Shown piece after piece: positions 8,550 through 18,304 of a DNA stretch of 64,000 bases. Source of the stretch: a virus; the IMG/VR virus record IMGVR_UViG_3300050343_000220, positions 5,138-69,137 of that record; one strand, given 5' to 3'. Under the pieces are notes generated by a model, which ran no database searches, had not been told where the DNA came from, and saw only the letters and a list, made by a program, of their open reading frames with translations. Made by a program: the position numbers and the translations under genes. Numbering within the stretch: position 1 is the first letter of the stretch; each line of letters begins with the position of its first letter.

Positions 8550-10994
8550 ATGAAGATTCAATTAAAGCACTCTAATGTTTTAGACAGTAGTTCGGCAAAA
8601 CAACCAACAGCACCAAACATGCTGGATGGTGAATTAGCTGTTAATTTTAATGCGAACGATCCTGCAATCTTTATCAAAGATAGCAATGGTAATATTGTAC
8701 GAATTGCTGGTAAAGATAACCTATCATTTACTGGATATGAAGCAGCAATACAAGCTGCTTCGACACCCCCTGCAGGGCTAGAAGCAGGTAATCTATATTT
8801 TGATACTGATGATAATAGACTTTACTATTACTACAACAATGGCACAACTACCCAGTGGGTAGATGCTAGTACTGAGAAATTTGATACAAACCTAATACCT
8901 GATCCATCAAACTTAAGTCACCAGTCAGGGACATTAGATGACCGTTACGTGAATTCTAACGGTGATACGATGACAGGAAATCTTGTCTTGAATGCAGGCG
9001 TAAATCTAAATTCATCGGATGTATATCTCAACAACGGTAAGGTGGTGTTTGAGGGGGCAAATGCAAATGCGCATGAGATTCGATTAACAGTTATTGAACC
9101 TACTGCTGACAGAGTTTTATCACTGCCTGACACAACGGGAACTCTGGTGTCTACAGGTGATACAGGTACTGTCACCAGTACAATGATTGCAGACGGCACA
9201 CTGCAAGATTCAGATGTAAGTAGTAGTGCAGCTATAGCGCTTTCTAAGTTGGCAACAGGGAGCCTTCCAACAGGTATTACTGTAGCTAGTTCAAATATTG
9301 CCGATGGAACAATTGTAGATGCAGATATAAATTCATCAGCAGCGATTGCTTTAACTAAGCTTGGCACGGGAGCATTACCTTCAGGGATCACGATTACTTC
9401 CTCTAGTATTGCTGGTGGTGTATCTCCAAGTGATATTGCTGCAGGAGCATTGCCAAACAATGTAACGATTACATCAACTAATATTGTCGATGGCAGTATT
9501 GTCAATGCTGATATTAGTGGTTCTGCTGACATTCAAGTTAGTAAATTAGCTGACGGCAATGCCTATCAATTACTTCAAACAAATGCTGCTGGCAACGATG
9601 TTGAGTGGTCATCCAACATTGATGTGCCTGGGACACTTGATGTAACAGGAATATCTACGTTTGACAGCAACGTGAGCGTGGCAGGTAATTTATCTGTAAC
9701 AGGTTCGACAGTTTCGCTGGATGCAAATATCGTTACGATCAAGGATGGAAATATACAACTAGGTGTTGTTACCACACCTACAGATACAACTGCCGATGGC
9801 GGTGGAATAACACTAAAGGGATCTACAGATAAAACGTTGTCATGGGTAAACAGCACGAATGCCTGGACATCCAGCGAACACTTTAATTTAGTTTCAGGTA
9901 AAGCTTATTACATTAATGGTTCTGAAGTCTTAAATACCTCGTCCCTTGGTAGTGGTGTTACAGGATCAAGCTTGACTGGACTAGGCACAATTAGTACAGG
10001 CGTATGGCAAGGCTCCCAAATTGTCGATACTTACTTAGCAACGATTACAGCAGCAGGTAAAATTGCTAATTCGGCTACAACCGCAACGAATTTGAATTCA
10101 GGAAACGCAATTGTTTCACGCGATGGTTCAGGTGATTTCACTGCTCGTAATATTACTGCAGACTTAATAGGAAATGCTTCAACTGCTTCTACACTTGAAA
10201 CTGCAAGAACCATATCTCTTACTGGAGATCTAACTGGTTCAGTGAGTTTTGATGGTTCAGCTGATGTCTCTATCACCACAAGTGCCACATTTCTTGGAAC
10301 AACAAACCTTTCTTATGACATAGCTAATAGACAGGTTAAATCAGACACCGGAACTGATGCCACAATTCCAGTTTTTAGTAGTAGTGCTGCAGGTCTTACA
10401 GGAGCTTCCGGTGGGGGATCAGTTAATTACTTAAGAGCGGATGGTACATGGGCCTCACCGCCAGGAACGCCTACTAATCTAGGTTTTACTACAGGCACAT
10501 CCACTATTACATCTAGTACGGGTACTGGCGTTGCACTTCCTACGTTTACTTCAACGATCAACGGTTTAGTCCCATACTCAGGTGGAGGAACACAGAAGTT
10601 TCTGCGTGCTGACGGTAGCTGGATTACTGTTGGTAGTCGTCAAACATTTGTTGGTACAGCTGCTCCCTCATCAGCAAATGAAGGTGATCAGTGGTATGAC
10701 TCGGATGAGGGTCGAACGTATATTTACTACGTGGATACAGATTCAAGCCAATGGGTCGAAGGAAACCCAAGTTGGAACGGTGGTATTCCGATTGGGTCAG
10801 TTACTCCTAGTTACTTAAGCACTGGTGGTCCGAACTGGGATACATCCGGTAATGTTGGAATTGGTACAACTACACCCGGAGATAAACTAGAAATTGATGG
10901 TGATGGAGCCGGTATTATTATTAGATCTCCAGACAGTACACGATATAGGATCACTGTGAGTAATGCAGGTAGTCTTACAGTGGCAGCAGTCTAA
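8550..10994 (+). CDS. tail fibre protein
   Basis: MKIQLK...GELAVN N-terminus, IADGTIVDADI repeats, LETARTISLTGD, GNVGIGTTTP. Confidence 0.8.
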   Translation: MKIQLKHSNVLDSSSAKQPTAPNMLDGELAVNFNANDPAIFIKDSNGNIVRIAGKDNLSFTGYEAAIQAASTPPAGLEAGNLYFDTDDNRLYYYYNNGTTTQWVDASTEKFDTNLIPDPSNLSHQSGTLDDRYVNSNGDTMTGNLVLNAGVNLNSSDVYLNNGKVVFEGANANAHEIRLTVIEPTADRVLSLPDTTGTLVSTGDTGTVTSTMIADGTLQDSDVSSSAAIALSKLATGSLPTGITVASSNIADGTIVDADINSSAAIALTKLGTGALPSGITITSSSIAGGVSPSDIAAGALPNNVTITSTNIVDGSIVNADISGSADIQVSKLADGNAYQLLQTNAAGNDVEWSSNIDVPGTLDVTGISTFDSNVSVAGNLSVTGSTVSLDANIVTIKDGNIQLGVVTTPTDTTADGGGITLKGSTDKTLSWVNSTNAWTSSEHFNLVSGKAYYINGSEVLNTSSLGSGVTGSSLTGLGTISTGVWQGSQIVDTYLATITAAGKIANSATTATNLNSGNAIVSRDGSGDFTARNITADLIGNASTASTLETARTISLTGDLTGSVSFDGSADVSITTSATFLGTTNLSYDIANRQVKSDTGTDATIPVFSSSAAGLTGASGGGSVNYLRADGTWASPPGTPTNLGFTTGTSTITSSTGTGVALPTFTSTINGLVPYSGGGTQKFLRADGSWITVGSRQTFVGTAAPSSANEGDQWYDSDEGRTYIYYVDTDSSQWVEGNPSWNGGIPIGSVTPSYLSTGGPNWDTSGNVGIGTTTPGDKLEIDGDGAGIIIRSPDSTRYRITVSNAGSLTVAAV

Positions 10995-11036
10995 CTTAGA
11001 TAAATACAGTAGAATCTTTATAGCTGATTTATATAA

Positions 11037-11234
11037 ATGCCTTGCAAAAAAACAGATCTTATATCTGCTATTAATTCATTTGGTGCCGCAAGAGCAAGTG
11101 GTGATAATACATTACTAGCATTTAGCGTAAACCTAGTGCAAAGCCTGATTGATACTCTTGACTTTGCAGGAGAAACTGAGATAACGAACACTCAAGTTAA
11201 AGATCAAAACGAAACCAAAGAGGAAGTCGAATAG
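11037..11234 (+). CDS. hypothetical protein
   Basis: 65-aa ORF after TAGAAT. Confidence 0.55.
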   Translation: MPCKKTDLISAINSFGAARASGDNTLLAFSVNLVQSLIDTLDFAGETEITNTQVKDQNETKEEVE

Positions 11235-11293
11235 CAAATTTAGATATACTAAAGATACATTGTTGATGTCATCGACCTGCAGGGAGTGCAATA

Positions 11294-11785
11294 ATGGCCG
11301 CTATTCAGTTTCCAAATAATCCTAGTGCAGGCGATCTATTTGTTGCTGGCAATGGTATTCGCTATACGTACGATGGTGAAAAGTGGAAAACACTTGGAAC
11401 TTCGACTGTTGGAACAGAAGGTCAATTTCTAGAGACACCTACAGTACTTACAATTAATAAGGTCATTGCTGCTAACACCAATACAGGTGCAGTAGGGGCT
11501 CTTGCAATTAACACAGGTGTTGTATTAACAGTTCCTTCGAGTTCTACTTTTAGAACTCTTACAGGTAAGTCTGGGACAGGAGGAGGTGCAGATGGTCTAC
11601 CAATTACTGGTGGAACAATGACAGGGTTTCTAACCCTCAATGGAGATCCAACAGCAATTCTGCACGCTGCAACCAAACAGTACGTTGATTCAAAAGCTGT
11701 ACTTGTTGCCGATGGTGGCAACTTTGATAGTGGTGCTTCATTGGTATCAACATCAACAACATATGACGGAGGTTCGTTCGACTAA
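11294..11785 (+). CDS. tail fibre-associated protein
   Basis: FPNNPSAGD...YTYDGEKW and GGTMTG...DPTAILHAATKQYVD fibre motifs. Confidence 0.65.
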   Translation: MAAIQFPNNPSAGDLFVAGNGIRYTYDGEKWKTLGTSTVGTEGQFLETPTVLTINKVIAANTNTGAVGALAINTGVVLTVPSSSTFRTLTGKSGTGGGADGLPITGGTMTGFLTLNGDPTAILHAATKQYVDSKAVLVADGGNFDSGASLVSTSTTYDGGSFD

Positions 11786-12318
11786 TGCCTACACCTACTA
11801 ATAGAACTCCTCTGCGGATTGCACGAGGTACATATGCAAATTTAAACGGATCAGTATCTGATATCCAGGAAGGGGAGATCTGTTACGCAACTGATCAAGA
11901 CAAGCTATACGTAAAGGAAGGTGCAGCCTTAGTTTCTACACAGGCAAATGTGCCTGCTGCAGTGGCTGTAACAAACGCTGCACAGACATTCACTGCTGCA
12001 CAACGTGGAACAATTACTACATTGACAGATGGGGCAACTGTTACTCCAGACTTTGCTGTTACTAACAACTACAAAATTGAGTTAGGCGGAAACAGGACAC
12101 TAGCTAATCCTACAAATCTTACTGCTGGACAATCAGGCGTAATTGTAATTAGTCAAGATAGTACAGGTAGTAGGACATTAGCGTTTGGAAGTTATTGGAA
12201 ATTTGCAGGTGGTACAGCACCAACACTTACTACGACAGCGAGTGCATCTGATGTAATCGTGTATTTCGTGGACTCTACAACTCGCATTACTGCACAAGTA
12301 CTACTGAACGTATCATGA
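11785..12318 (+). CDS. tail fibre adaptor (copy 1)
   Basis: C-terminal domain TTLTDGATVTPD...NPTNLTAGQSG...GSYWKFAGGTAPTL shared with 17585..18304. Confidence 0.65.
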   Translation: MPTPTNRTPLRIARGTYANLNGSVSDIQEGEICYATDQDKLYVKEGAALVSTQANVPAAVAVTNAAQTFTAAQRGTITTLTDGATVTPDFAVTNNYKIELGGNRTLANPTNLTAGQSGVIVISQDSTGSRTLAFGSYWKFAGGTAPTLTTTASASDVIVYFVDSTTRITAQVLLNVS

Positions 12319-15300
12319 TTCCAGGATCTGCTAATCCATTACTTCTAGGTCAAACTGGCACTGGTGGCTACGAGATCGAACGTAGTCTTAGGTTTAACTC
12401 AGGTGATTCTGCGTATTTAAATAGAACCCCAAGTTCTGTAGGTAATCGTAAGACTTTTACGTTGAGCGCATGGGTGAAAGCACCTGCCATAGCTAACACT
12501 CAACAAATAATTCTTAGCTCAAGCTCAGGGTCAACTCCTTACACATCGATCGACTTTAGGGATAATAACCTCAGGGTTATCGAGTGGGATGGATCTAATA
12601 TTACATATCAGCTTAAAACAAATGCCGTTCTACGTGATGTATCAGCCTGGTATCACGTTGTATTTGCAGTAGATACTACACAATCCACTACTGCAGATAG
12701 AGTAAAAATTTATGTAAATGGCGTTCAAGAAACAAGTTTTGCAACTACTAACTACCCATCACAAAACCACGATACACACATCAATAACAGCACACTTCAC
12801 TATATAGGAAGTAATGCTGCTACCTCGTATAACGGTTTTCTTAATTGTTACCTAGCCGACGTACATTTCATTGATGGTCAAGCATTAGCACCAACAGATT
12901 TTGGTGAGACTGATGACAACGGTGTGTGGCAGCCGAAGAAGTTTGCTGGGACGTATGGGACACCCGCATCCACTGTTCTTGTAGGATCACCCTCTTATCC
13001 CTCTAGTTTTACATCTAGTGGAAACAAAACAAGCGACCAAACTGGCTTGTCATTTGGTTCATGGTCAGGAACGTACACAGGTGCAGAAACAAAAATTTTT
13101 AAAAATAGCAATACAGCCGCGTTCTCATTGCAACTTAGTTTGGCTGGACCGACAACTGATCGTTTACTTTGGTATTCAGATAATGCAACTGACTGGACAT
13201 ATGTTGGCAATGTATCAAGCTTAAGTAATCCATACACTTTGTCTGGACATAAGTATTATGCTACTTCAGAAGGAAGTGGAGGTGCAACTGTCACAGCATC
13301 AAGTCCAGCTACTGGAGTAAACTCTTTCTACCTGCCGTTTACAGACAACAGCAGCGCTGGAGCCCTTGGATACGATGCTGCGGTAACCGCTCCAACGCTA
13401 AATCCCAAAGGCGGGATGGACGTGGTGACCTACACAGGCACAGGTAGCACACAATCAATATCGTCGCTCGCTTTCCAACCAGATTTCATCTGGTTGAAGA
13501 ATCGCGATGATGCTAATGGCTGGCATCAGTTTCGTGACGTTGTAAGAGGCGGCGACAAGAATTTGGCAAGTAATTCTACTATTGCCGAAACAGATGCAAG
13601 CAGCAAAAACGTAATTTTCAATTCAAATGGATTTACATTAACTGGAACGACAGGATCAGCAGATGACAATCAGTCTGGCGATGACTATGTAGCCTGGTGT
13701 TGGAAGGCTGGTGGCGCTGCAGTATCAAACACTGACGGAAGTTTGAATAGTCAAGTAAGTGCAAACAATGACTATGGATTTAGTATTGTTAGCTATACTG
13801 GTGGCCGTTCAAGTGCTGGCAATAACACCGTAGGCCACGGCCTTTCAAGTGCTCCAAAGCTTGTCATAACTAAATCTAGAGCCTCTAATTCTGATTGGGT
13901 AATTCAAAGTCCCCTCCTTTCTGCCAATAAAGTTTTATTCTTTAAAGACTGGGCCGAATACGATATTTCGTCAGGTGGTTCGCTATCAGACCCAACTAAC
14001 AGTGTTTTTAGCACAAATTATTTTACAGGCTTAGATACTTCAGGCGATAACCTAATTGCATATTGCTGGTCTGAAGTTGCCGGATTTAGCAAGTTTGGAT
14101 TGTTTACTTCGGCAACAAATGGCACGACTGTAGATTGTGGGTTCAAGCCTAGATATATTTTAATTAAATCAACAGGCACCGGGAGTTGGGCAATCCACGA
14201 TGTAGCAAGAAATAACTTTGGCAGCTATTTATTGCCAGACACAAACGGGGCAGAAGGTAGTAACAGTGATTTTACTGTTACTGACACAGGCTTTACGTTT
14301 GACAACAACTCAAACGGAACAACATTTATCTACGCAGCATATGCGGACCGGCCAGGAAACAACTGGACGCCGAATAACTTAAGTGCTGGCATTGACCTCA
14401 ACCCAACAGCCAAGCAAAACTTTGATGTTGTTACTTACACCGGCAATGGTGGCACACAGTCAGTTACAGGATTATCGTTCCAGCCAGATCTTATTTGGTG
14501 CAAAACAAGGAGTAATGCTGTTGATCACAAACTGGCCGATTCGGTTAGAGGCTTTACCAAAATTCTTGAGTCCAACCAAACTCGTGCTGAAGTAACTGAT
14601 ACTAATGCCATTACGGCGGTTGGCTCCAGTGGGTTTACTCTTGGTTCTGGCGGGGATTACAACAGCAATGGCAGGACATATGTAGCCTGGTGCTGGAAGG
14701 CCGGTGGAGCGCTGCGGTCGTCAAATACAGATGGAACGTTAACAAGTTCTGTAAGTGCAAATACGACTTACGGGTTTTCAGTTGGAACTTATACAGGCAG
14801 CTATTCATCACAACCAACTTCGCTTGATACAGTTGGGCATGGCCTTGGGGCGGTGCCTGCGCTCATCATATCTAAGTCTAAAAGCGGCGCATCAAACTGG
14901 CATGTTTGGCATAGCTCCTTAGCCAACAATGAATACATTAGGCTTAACAGCGGTGATGCAAAAGCAACAGCCTCCTCTGGCGCGGGAGGATCAATAGCGA
15001 CAGCACCTACCTCAACTGTTTTCCCTACTTATTACATTGGAGGAAGCAATAATGGTTCAAGTGATAATCTTGTGTTCTACTGCTGGTCTGAAGTTGCCGG
15101 ATTTTCCAAGTTTGGATCGTACACAGGTAATGGTTCTTCAACAGGCCCAGTAGTAACGACCGGCTTTAAGCCAAGATTGCTGATGGTGAAAGGCTCTTCT
15201 CATGCGAGTAATTGGAACATTGTTGATACGGCTAGAAGCCCATCAAATCCTCAATCAAATATCTTGCGCGCTAATTCTTCTGCTGCCGAGTTTTCTACTC

Positions 15301-17522
15301 CTACGGGTCAATATGGTCTCGCCTTTGACGCATTAGATGATGGTTTTCAGTTGAAAAGTGGCAGTTCCACGAACGATGTCAACCAGACTGGCGAGACTTA
15401 CATCTACGCAGCATTTGCGGCGTCAATTCCTGGTGATCCAGATAACGACTCCCTAGTTGACACCCCAAGCAACGCGGCAGATCCTACAGACACTGGAGCG
15501 GGCGGCGAAGTAACAGGCAACTATGCGACATTAAATCCTTTAGCAAAGGCTAGTGGTCTTGGCACAAGTAACGGAAACTTAGATGCATCTGGAAGTGCTA
15601 TTCACGGTTGCGTTGCATCTACAATTTTTGCACATTCTGGAAAATACTACTGCGAATATACGTTAACTGCTTATCAAAATGATACCGCTGTTGGAGTTGT
15701 TTCAACGGATGTAAACACCAGCGAAGACTGGGTAGGTGAGCAGAGTTATACCGTTGGGTATCTTGCTGATGGTCGTGTTTTTCAAAATGCATCAGCAACA
15801 ACTTACGACTCGTACTCAGCGGGTGATGTTATTGGAGTCGCATTTGATGCAGATACTGGTAAGGTGTGGTTTGCTAAAAACAATAGTTGGCTTAACTCAG
15901 GTAATCCTTCTGCAGGTACCAATGAAGTTAAGACTATTACTGGAGGTAAACCTCTTGGTGTTGCCTTCCGTGGGGTAGGCGGAACCGGATCGTTTAACTT
16001 CGGTCAACGGCAATTCGCCTTTAGCGCCCCTACTAATTTCCAAACTTTAAATACTGCTTCGTTACCGACCCCAACGATTGCGGATGGTAGTAAGTATTTT
16101 GATACGAAATTATTTACTGGCACGGGCTCAACACAAGCCTTAACTATGGCTAATTCTGCGCTGTCACCAGATTTTGTGTGGATAAAAAATAGAAACTCTA
16201 CATACCAACATCTTTTGTTTGACGCAGTCAGGGGCGCTACAAAGTACCTTAAATCTGATGCGACATCAGCAGAGCAAACAAATGGATCAACACTTGCATC
16301 TTTTGATTCAAATGGTTTTACCTTAGGAGGAGACAATGAAATAAATCGCAGCTCTTATACATACGCGAGTTGGGCCTGGGACGCCGGAGATTCCAACACA
16401 ACGATTGCTGCTAGTAGTTTAAATAGCTCGTCGTATAACCAGAGTGCCGTTTGGAGTGGGATGTTCTCACCTGCCGTTTCTACAAGTGGTCAAGAAACTC
16501 GTGCCTTTGATGGCACCATCGGTGCCCAAGGTGGCTATTTGAATGGTGGTGGCAGTTGGGTTCCTACTGGCGGACTTACTTATTACTCAACAGTTGAAGT
16601 TTACGACGCTGTAGACCAAAAATACGCAATTAACGGTGGCACGCAATCAGCGATTGCTCTTAATCAATGGGTCACTATTGCATCAACTTCTAACTCTAGT
16701 GGTGCAACTCTTACTTCAATTGATTTTACTCGTATATCAAGTGCATCTACGACTCATACTCCTGCAGGTATCAGAATTGATGGCAAGCTTCTTGTGGACC
16801 AAGGAGTGTCAGTAACGAACCTCCCATCAATCGCATCAACAGTCAGAGCCAACCCAAGTGCTGGGTTCAGTATTGTTACTTATACCGGAAATGGCACAGG
16901 TGGAGCAACATTCGGCCATGGTTTAAATGCGGACCTAGGCATGTGTATCATTGCTTGTCGCAATACAACAAATTATTGGGATACTTGGCACTCTGGATAT
17001 TACGTTGCTGGAAGTAAAAATTATATAAGATTGCAGTCAACTGCAGCTGCAGGATACGCTTCCGATATGTTTGGAACGCCTACATCTTCGGTTGTGACTT
17101 TAGGGTCGTCCGGATCAATGAATGGGAGCGGCAACACTTACGTCGCCTACTGCTTCGCACCTGTCGAAGGGTATAGCGCAATGGGTAGCTACGAAGGTTT
17201 AGGTACGGCTGGAGGAGCATTTGTATTCCTAGGTTTCCGACCTGCGCTATTAATTGTAAAAGATGTTGATGGTACTTGGGACTGGTATATGTATGATGCT
17301 GTTAGAAACACTTATAATGTTGTCAATAATGTTTTAAGACCAAGTGGTAGCAACGCAGAAGAATCACATGGAACAAATAACACGTTTGATTTTCTTTCGA
17401 ATGGCTTTAAAGTAAGAGGTTCTACTTCTCAATCTGAACCTACTAACTACTCGGGTCACACGTATATTTATTATGCCGTAGCAGAAAACCCGTTCCAGGC
17501 TAATGGCGGTCTTGCTCGTTAA
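12315..17522 (+). CDS. long tail fibre / receptor-binding protein with LamG/SPRY-like and repeated domains
   Basis: 1735 aa; YEIERSLRFN N-terminus; repeated FQPD.IW.K.R / YVAWCWKAGG / GFSIV.YTG / GFSKFG units. Confidence 0.8.
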   Translation: MIPGSANPLLLGQTGTGGYEIERSLRFNSGDSAYLNRTPSSVGNRKTFTLSAWVKAPAIANTQQIILSSSSGSTPYTSIDFRDNNLRVIEWDGSNITYQLKTNAVLRDVSAWYHVVFAVDTTQSTTADRVKIYVNGVQETSFATTNYPSQNHDTHINNSTLHYIGSNAATSYNGFLNCYLADVHFIDGQALAPTDFGETDDNGVWQPKKFAGTYGTPASTVLVGSPSYPSSFTSSGNKTSDQTGLSFGSWSGTYTGAETKIFKNSNTAAFSLQLSLAGPTTDRLLWYSDNATDWTYVGNVSSLSNPYTLSGHKYYATSEGSGGATVTASSPATGVNSFYLPFTDNSSAGALGYDAAVTAPTLNPKGGMDVVTYTGTGSTQSISSLAFQPDFIWLKNRDDANGWHQFRDVVRGGDKNLASNSTIAETDASSKNVIFNSNGFTLTGTTGSADDNQSGDDYVAWCWKAGGAAVSNTDGSLNSQVSANNDYGFSIVSYTGGRSSAGNNTVGHGLSSAPKLVITKSRASNSDWVIQSPLLSANKVLFFKDWAEYDISSGGSLSDPTNSVFSTNYFTGLDTSGDNLIAYCWSEVAGFSKFGLFTSATNGTTVDCGFKPRYILIKSTGTGSWAIHDVARNNFGSYLLPDTNGAEGSNSDFTVTDTGFTFDNNSNGTTFIYAAYADRPGNNWTPNNLSAGIDLNPTAKQNFDVVTYTGNGGTQSVTGLSFQPDLIWCKTRSNAVDHKLADSVRGFTKILESNQTRAEVTDTNAITAVGSSGFTLGSGGDYNSNGRTYVAWCWKAGGALRSSNTDGTLTSSVSANTTYGFSVGTYTGSYSSQPTSLDTVGHGLGAVPALIISKSKSGASNWHVWHSSLANNEYIRLNSGDAKATASSGAGGSIATAPTSTVFPTYYIGGSNNGSSDNLVFYCWSEVAGFSKFGSYTGNGSSTGPVVTTGFKPRLLMVKGSSHASNWNIVDTARSPSNPQSNILRANSSAAEFSTPTGQYGLAFDALDDGFQLKSGSSTNDVNQTGETYIYAAFAASIPGDPDNDSLVDTPSNAADPTDTGAGGEVTGNYATLNPLAKASGLGTSNGNLDASGSAIHGCVASTIFAHSGKYYCEYTLTAYQNDTAVGVVSTDVNTSEDWVGEQSYTVGYLADGRVFQNASATTYDSYSAGDVIGVAFDADTGKVWFAKNNSWLNSGNPSAGTNEVKTITGGKPLGVAFRGVGGTGSFNFGQRQFAFSAPTNFQTLNTASLPTPTIADGSKYFDTKLFTGTGSTQALTMANSALSPDFVWIKNRNSTYQHLLFDAVRGATKYLKSDATSAEQTNGSTLASFDSNGFTLGGDNEINRSSYTYASWAWDAGDSNTTIAASSLNSSSYNQSAVWSGMFSPAVSTSGQETRAFDGTIGAQGGYLNGGGSWVPTGGLTYYSTVEVYDAVDQKYAINGGTQSAIALNQWVTIASTSNSSGATLTSIDFTRISSASTTHTPAGIRIDGKLLVDQGVSVTNLPSIASTVRANPSAGFSIVTYTGNGTGGATFGHGLNADLGMCIIACRNTTNYWDTWHSGYYVAGSKNYIRLQSTAAAGYASDMFGTPTSSVVTLGSSGSMNGSGNTYVAYCFAPVEGYSAMGSYEGLGTAGGAFVFLGFRPALLIVKDVDGTWDWYMYDAVRNTYNVVNNVLRPSGSNAEESHGTNNTFDFLSNGFKVRGSTSQSEPTNYSGHTYIYYAVAENPFQANGGLAR

Positions 17523-17584
17523 TTATATACATAGACTAATATCTACTACAATAGATTTAGAGAATTGATGCCTAGTATTTAATT

Positions 17585-18304
17585 ATGGCTTACGGGAAAA
17601 TTAAAGTTGATACCTTAGTTTATGACAACAGTGGAAGCGATGTAGAACTGTCGGTATCTGCTATTACAGCAGGTGGAAGTCTAAGTAACTACGCACTTCT
17701 TGCAGGGGCTACATTTACTGGAGACGTCAACTTTGACGGAGAGCTTGTAGCTAAAGGTGATGCAACAAATGGCTCCGGCCAAATTACCTTGAATTGTGAA
17801 AATAACTCACACGGTGTAAAGATTAAAGGACCCCCACATAGTGCAGCTGCCACATATACTTTAACCCTTCCGAATAACACAGGTACTAATAATCAGTTCC
17901 TCACTACCAACGGTAGTGGCGTACTCTCTTGGAGTAGCCCTGCTGGTGGTGTATCACTATCAGTTGCAAATACTTGGACTGCAGGACAACGTGCAGAAAT
18001 TACAACACTTACAGATGGGGCAACCATCACGCCAGATCTAAATGATTCTAATAACTACGTTGTAGTTCTGGCAGGCAATCGAACAATTGCTAATCCAACG
18101 AACATTACAGCTGGACAATCAGGTTCAATCTTTGTAACACAAGATGGAACAGGAAGTCGTACAGCAAGTTGGGGCTCTTATTGGGATTGGGCAGGCGGTA
18201 CAGCACCCACACTTTCAACCGGAGCCAGTCAGGTAGATCGTATCGATTACATCGTACGTAGCTCTACATCAATTCAAGCCGTCGCTACCCTTAATTACTC
18301 ATGA
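17585..18304 (+). CDS. tail fibre adaptor (copy 2)
   Basis: C-terminal half paralogous to 11785..12318. Confidence 0.65.
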   Translation: MAYGKIKVDTLVYDNSGSDVELSVSAITAGGSLSNYALLAGATFTGDVNFDGELVAKGDATNGSGQITLNCENNSHGVKIKGPPHSAAATYTLTLPNNTGTNNQFLTTNGSGVLSWSSPAGGVSLSVANTWTAGQRAEITTLTDGATITPDLNDSNNYVVVLAGNRTIANPTNITAGQSGSIFVTQDGTGSRTASWGSYWDWAGGTAPTLSTGASQVDRIDYIVRSSTSIQAVATLNYS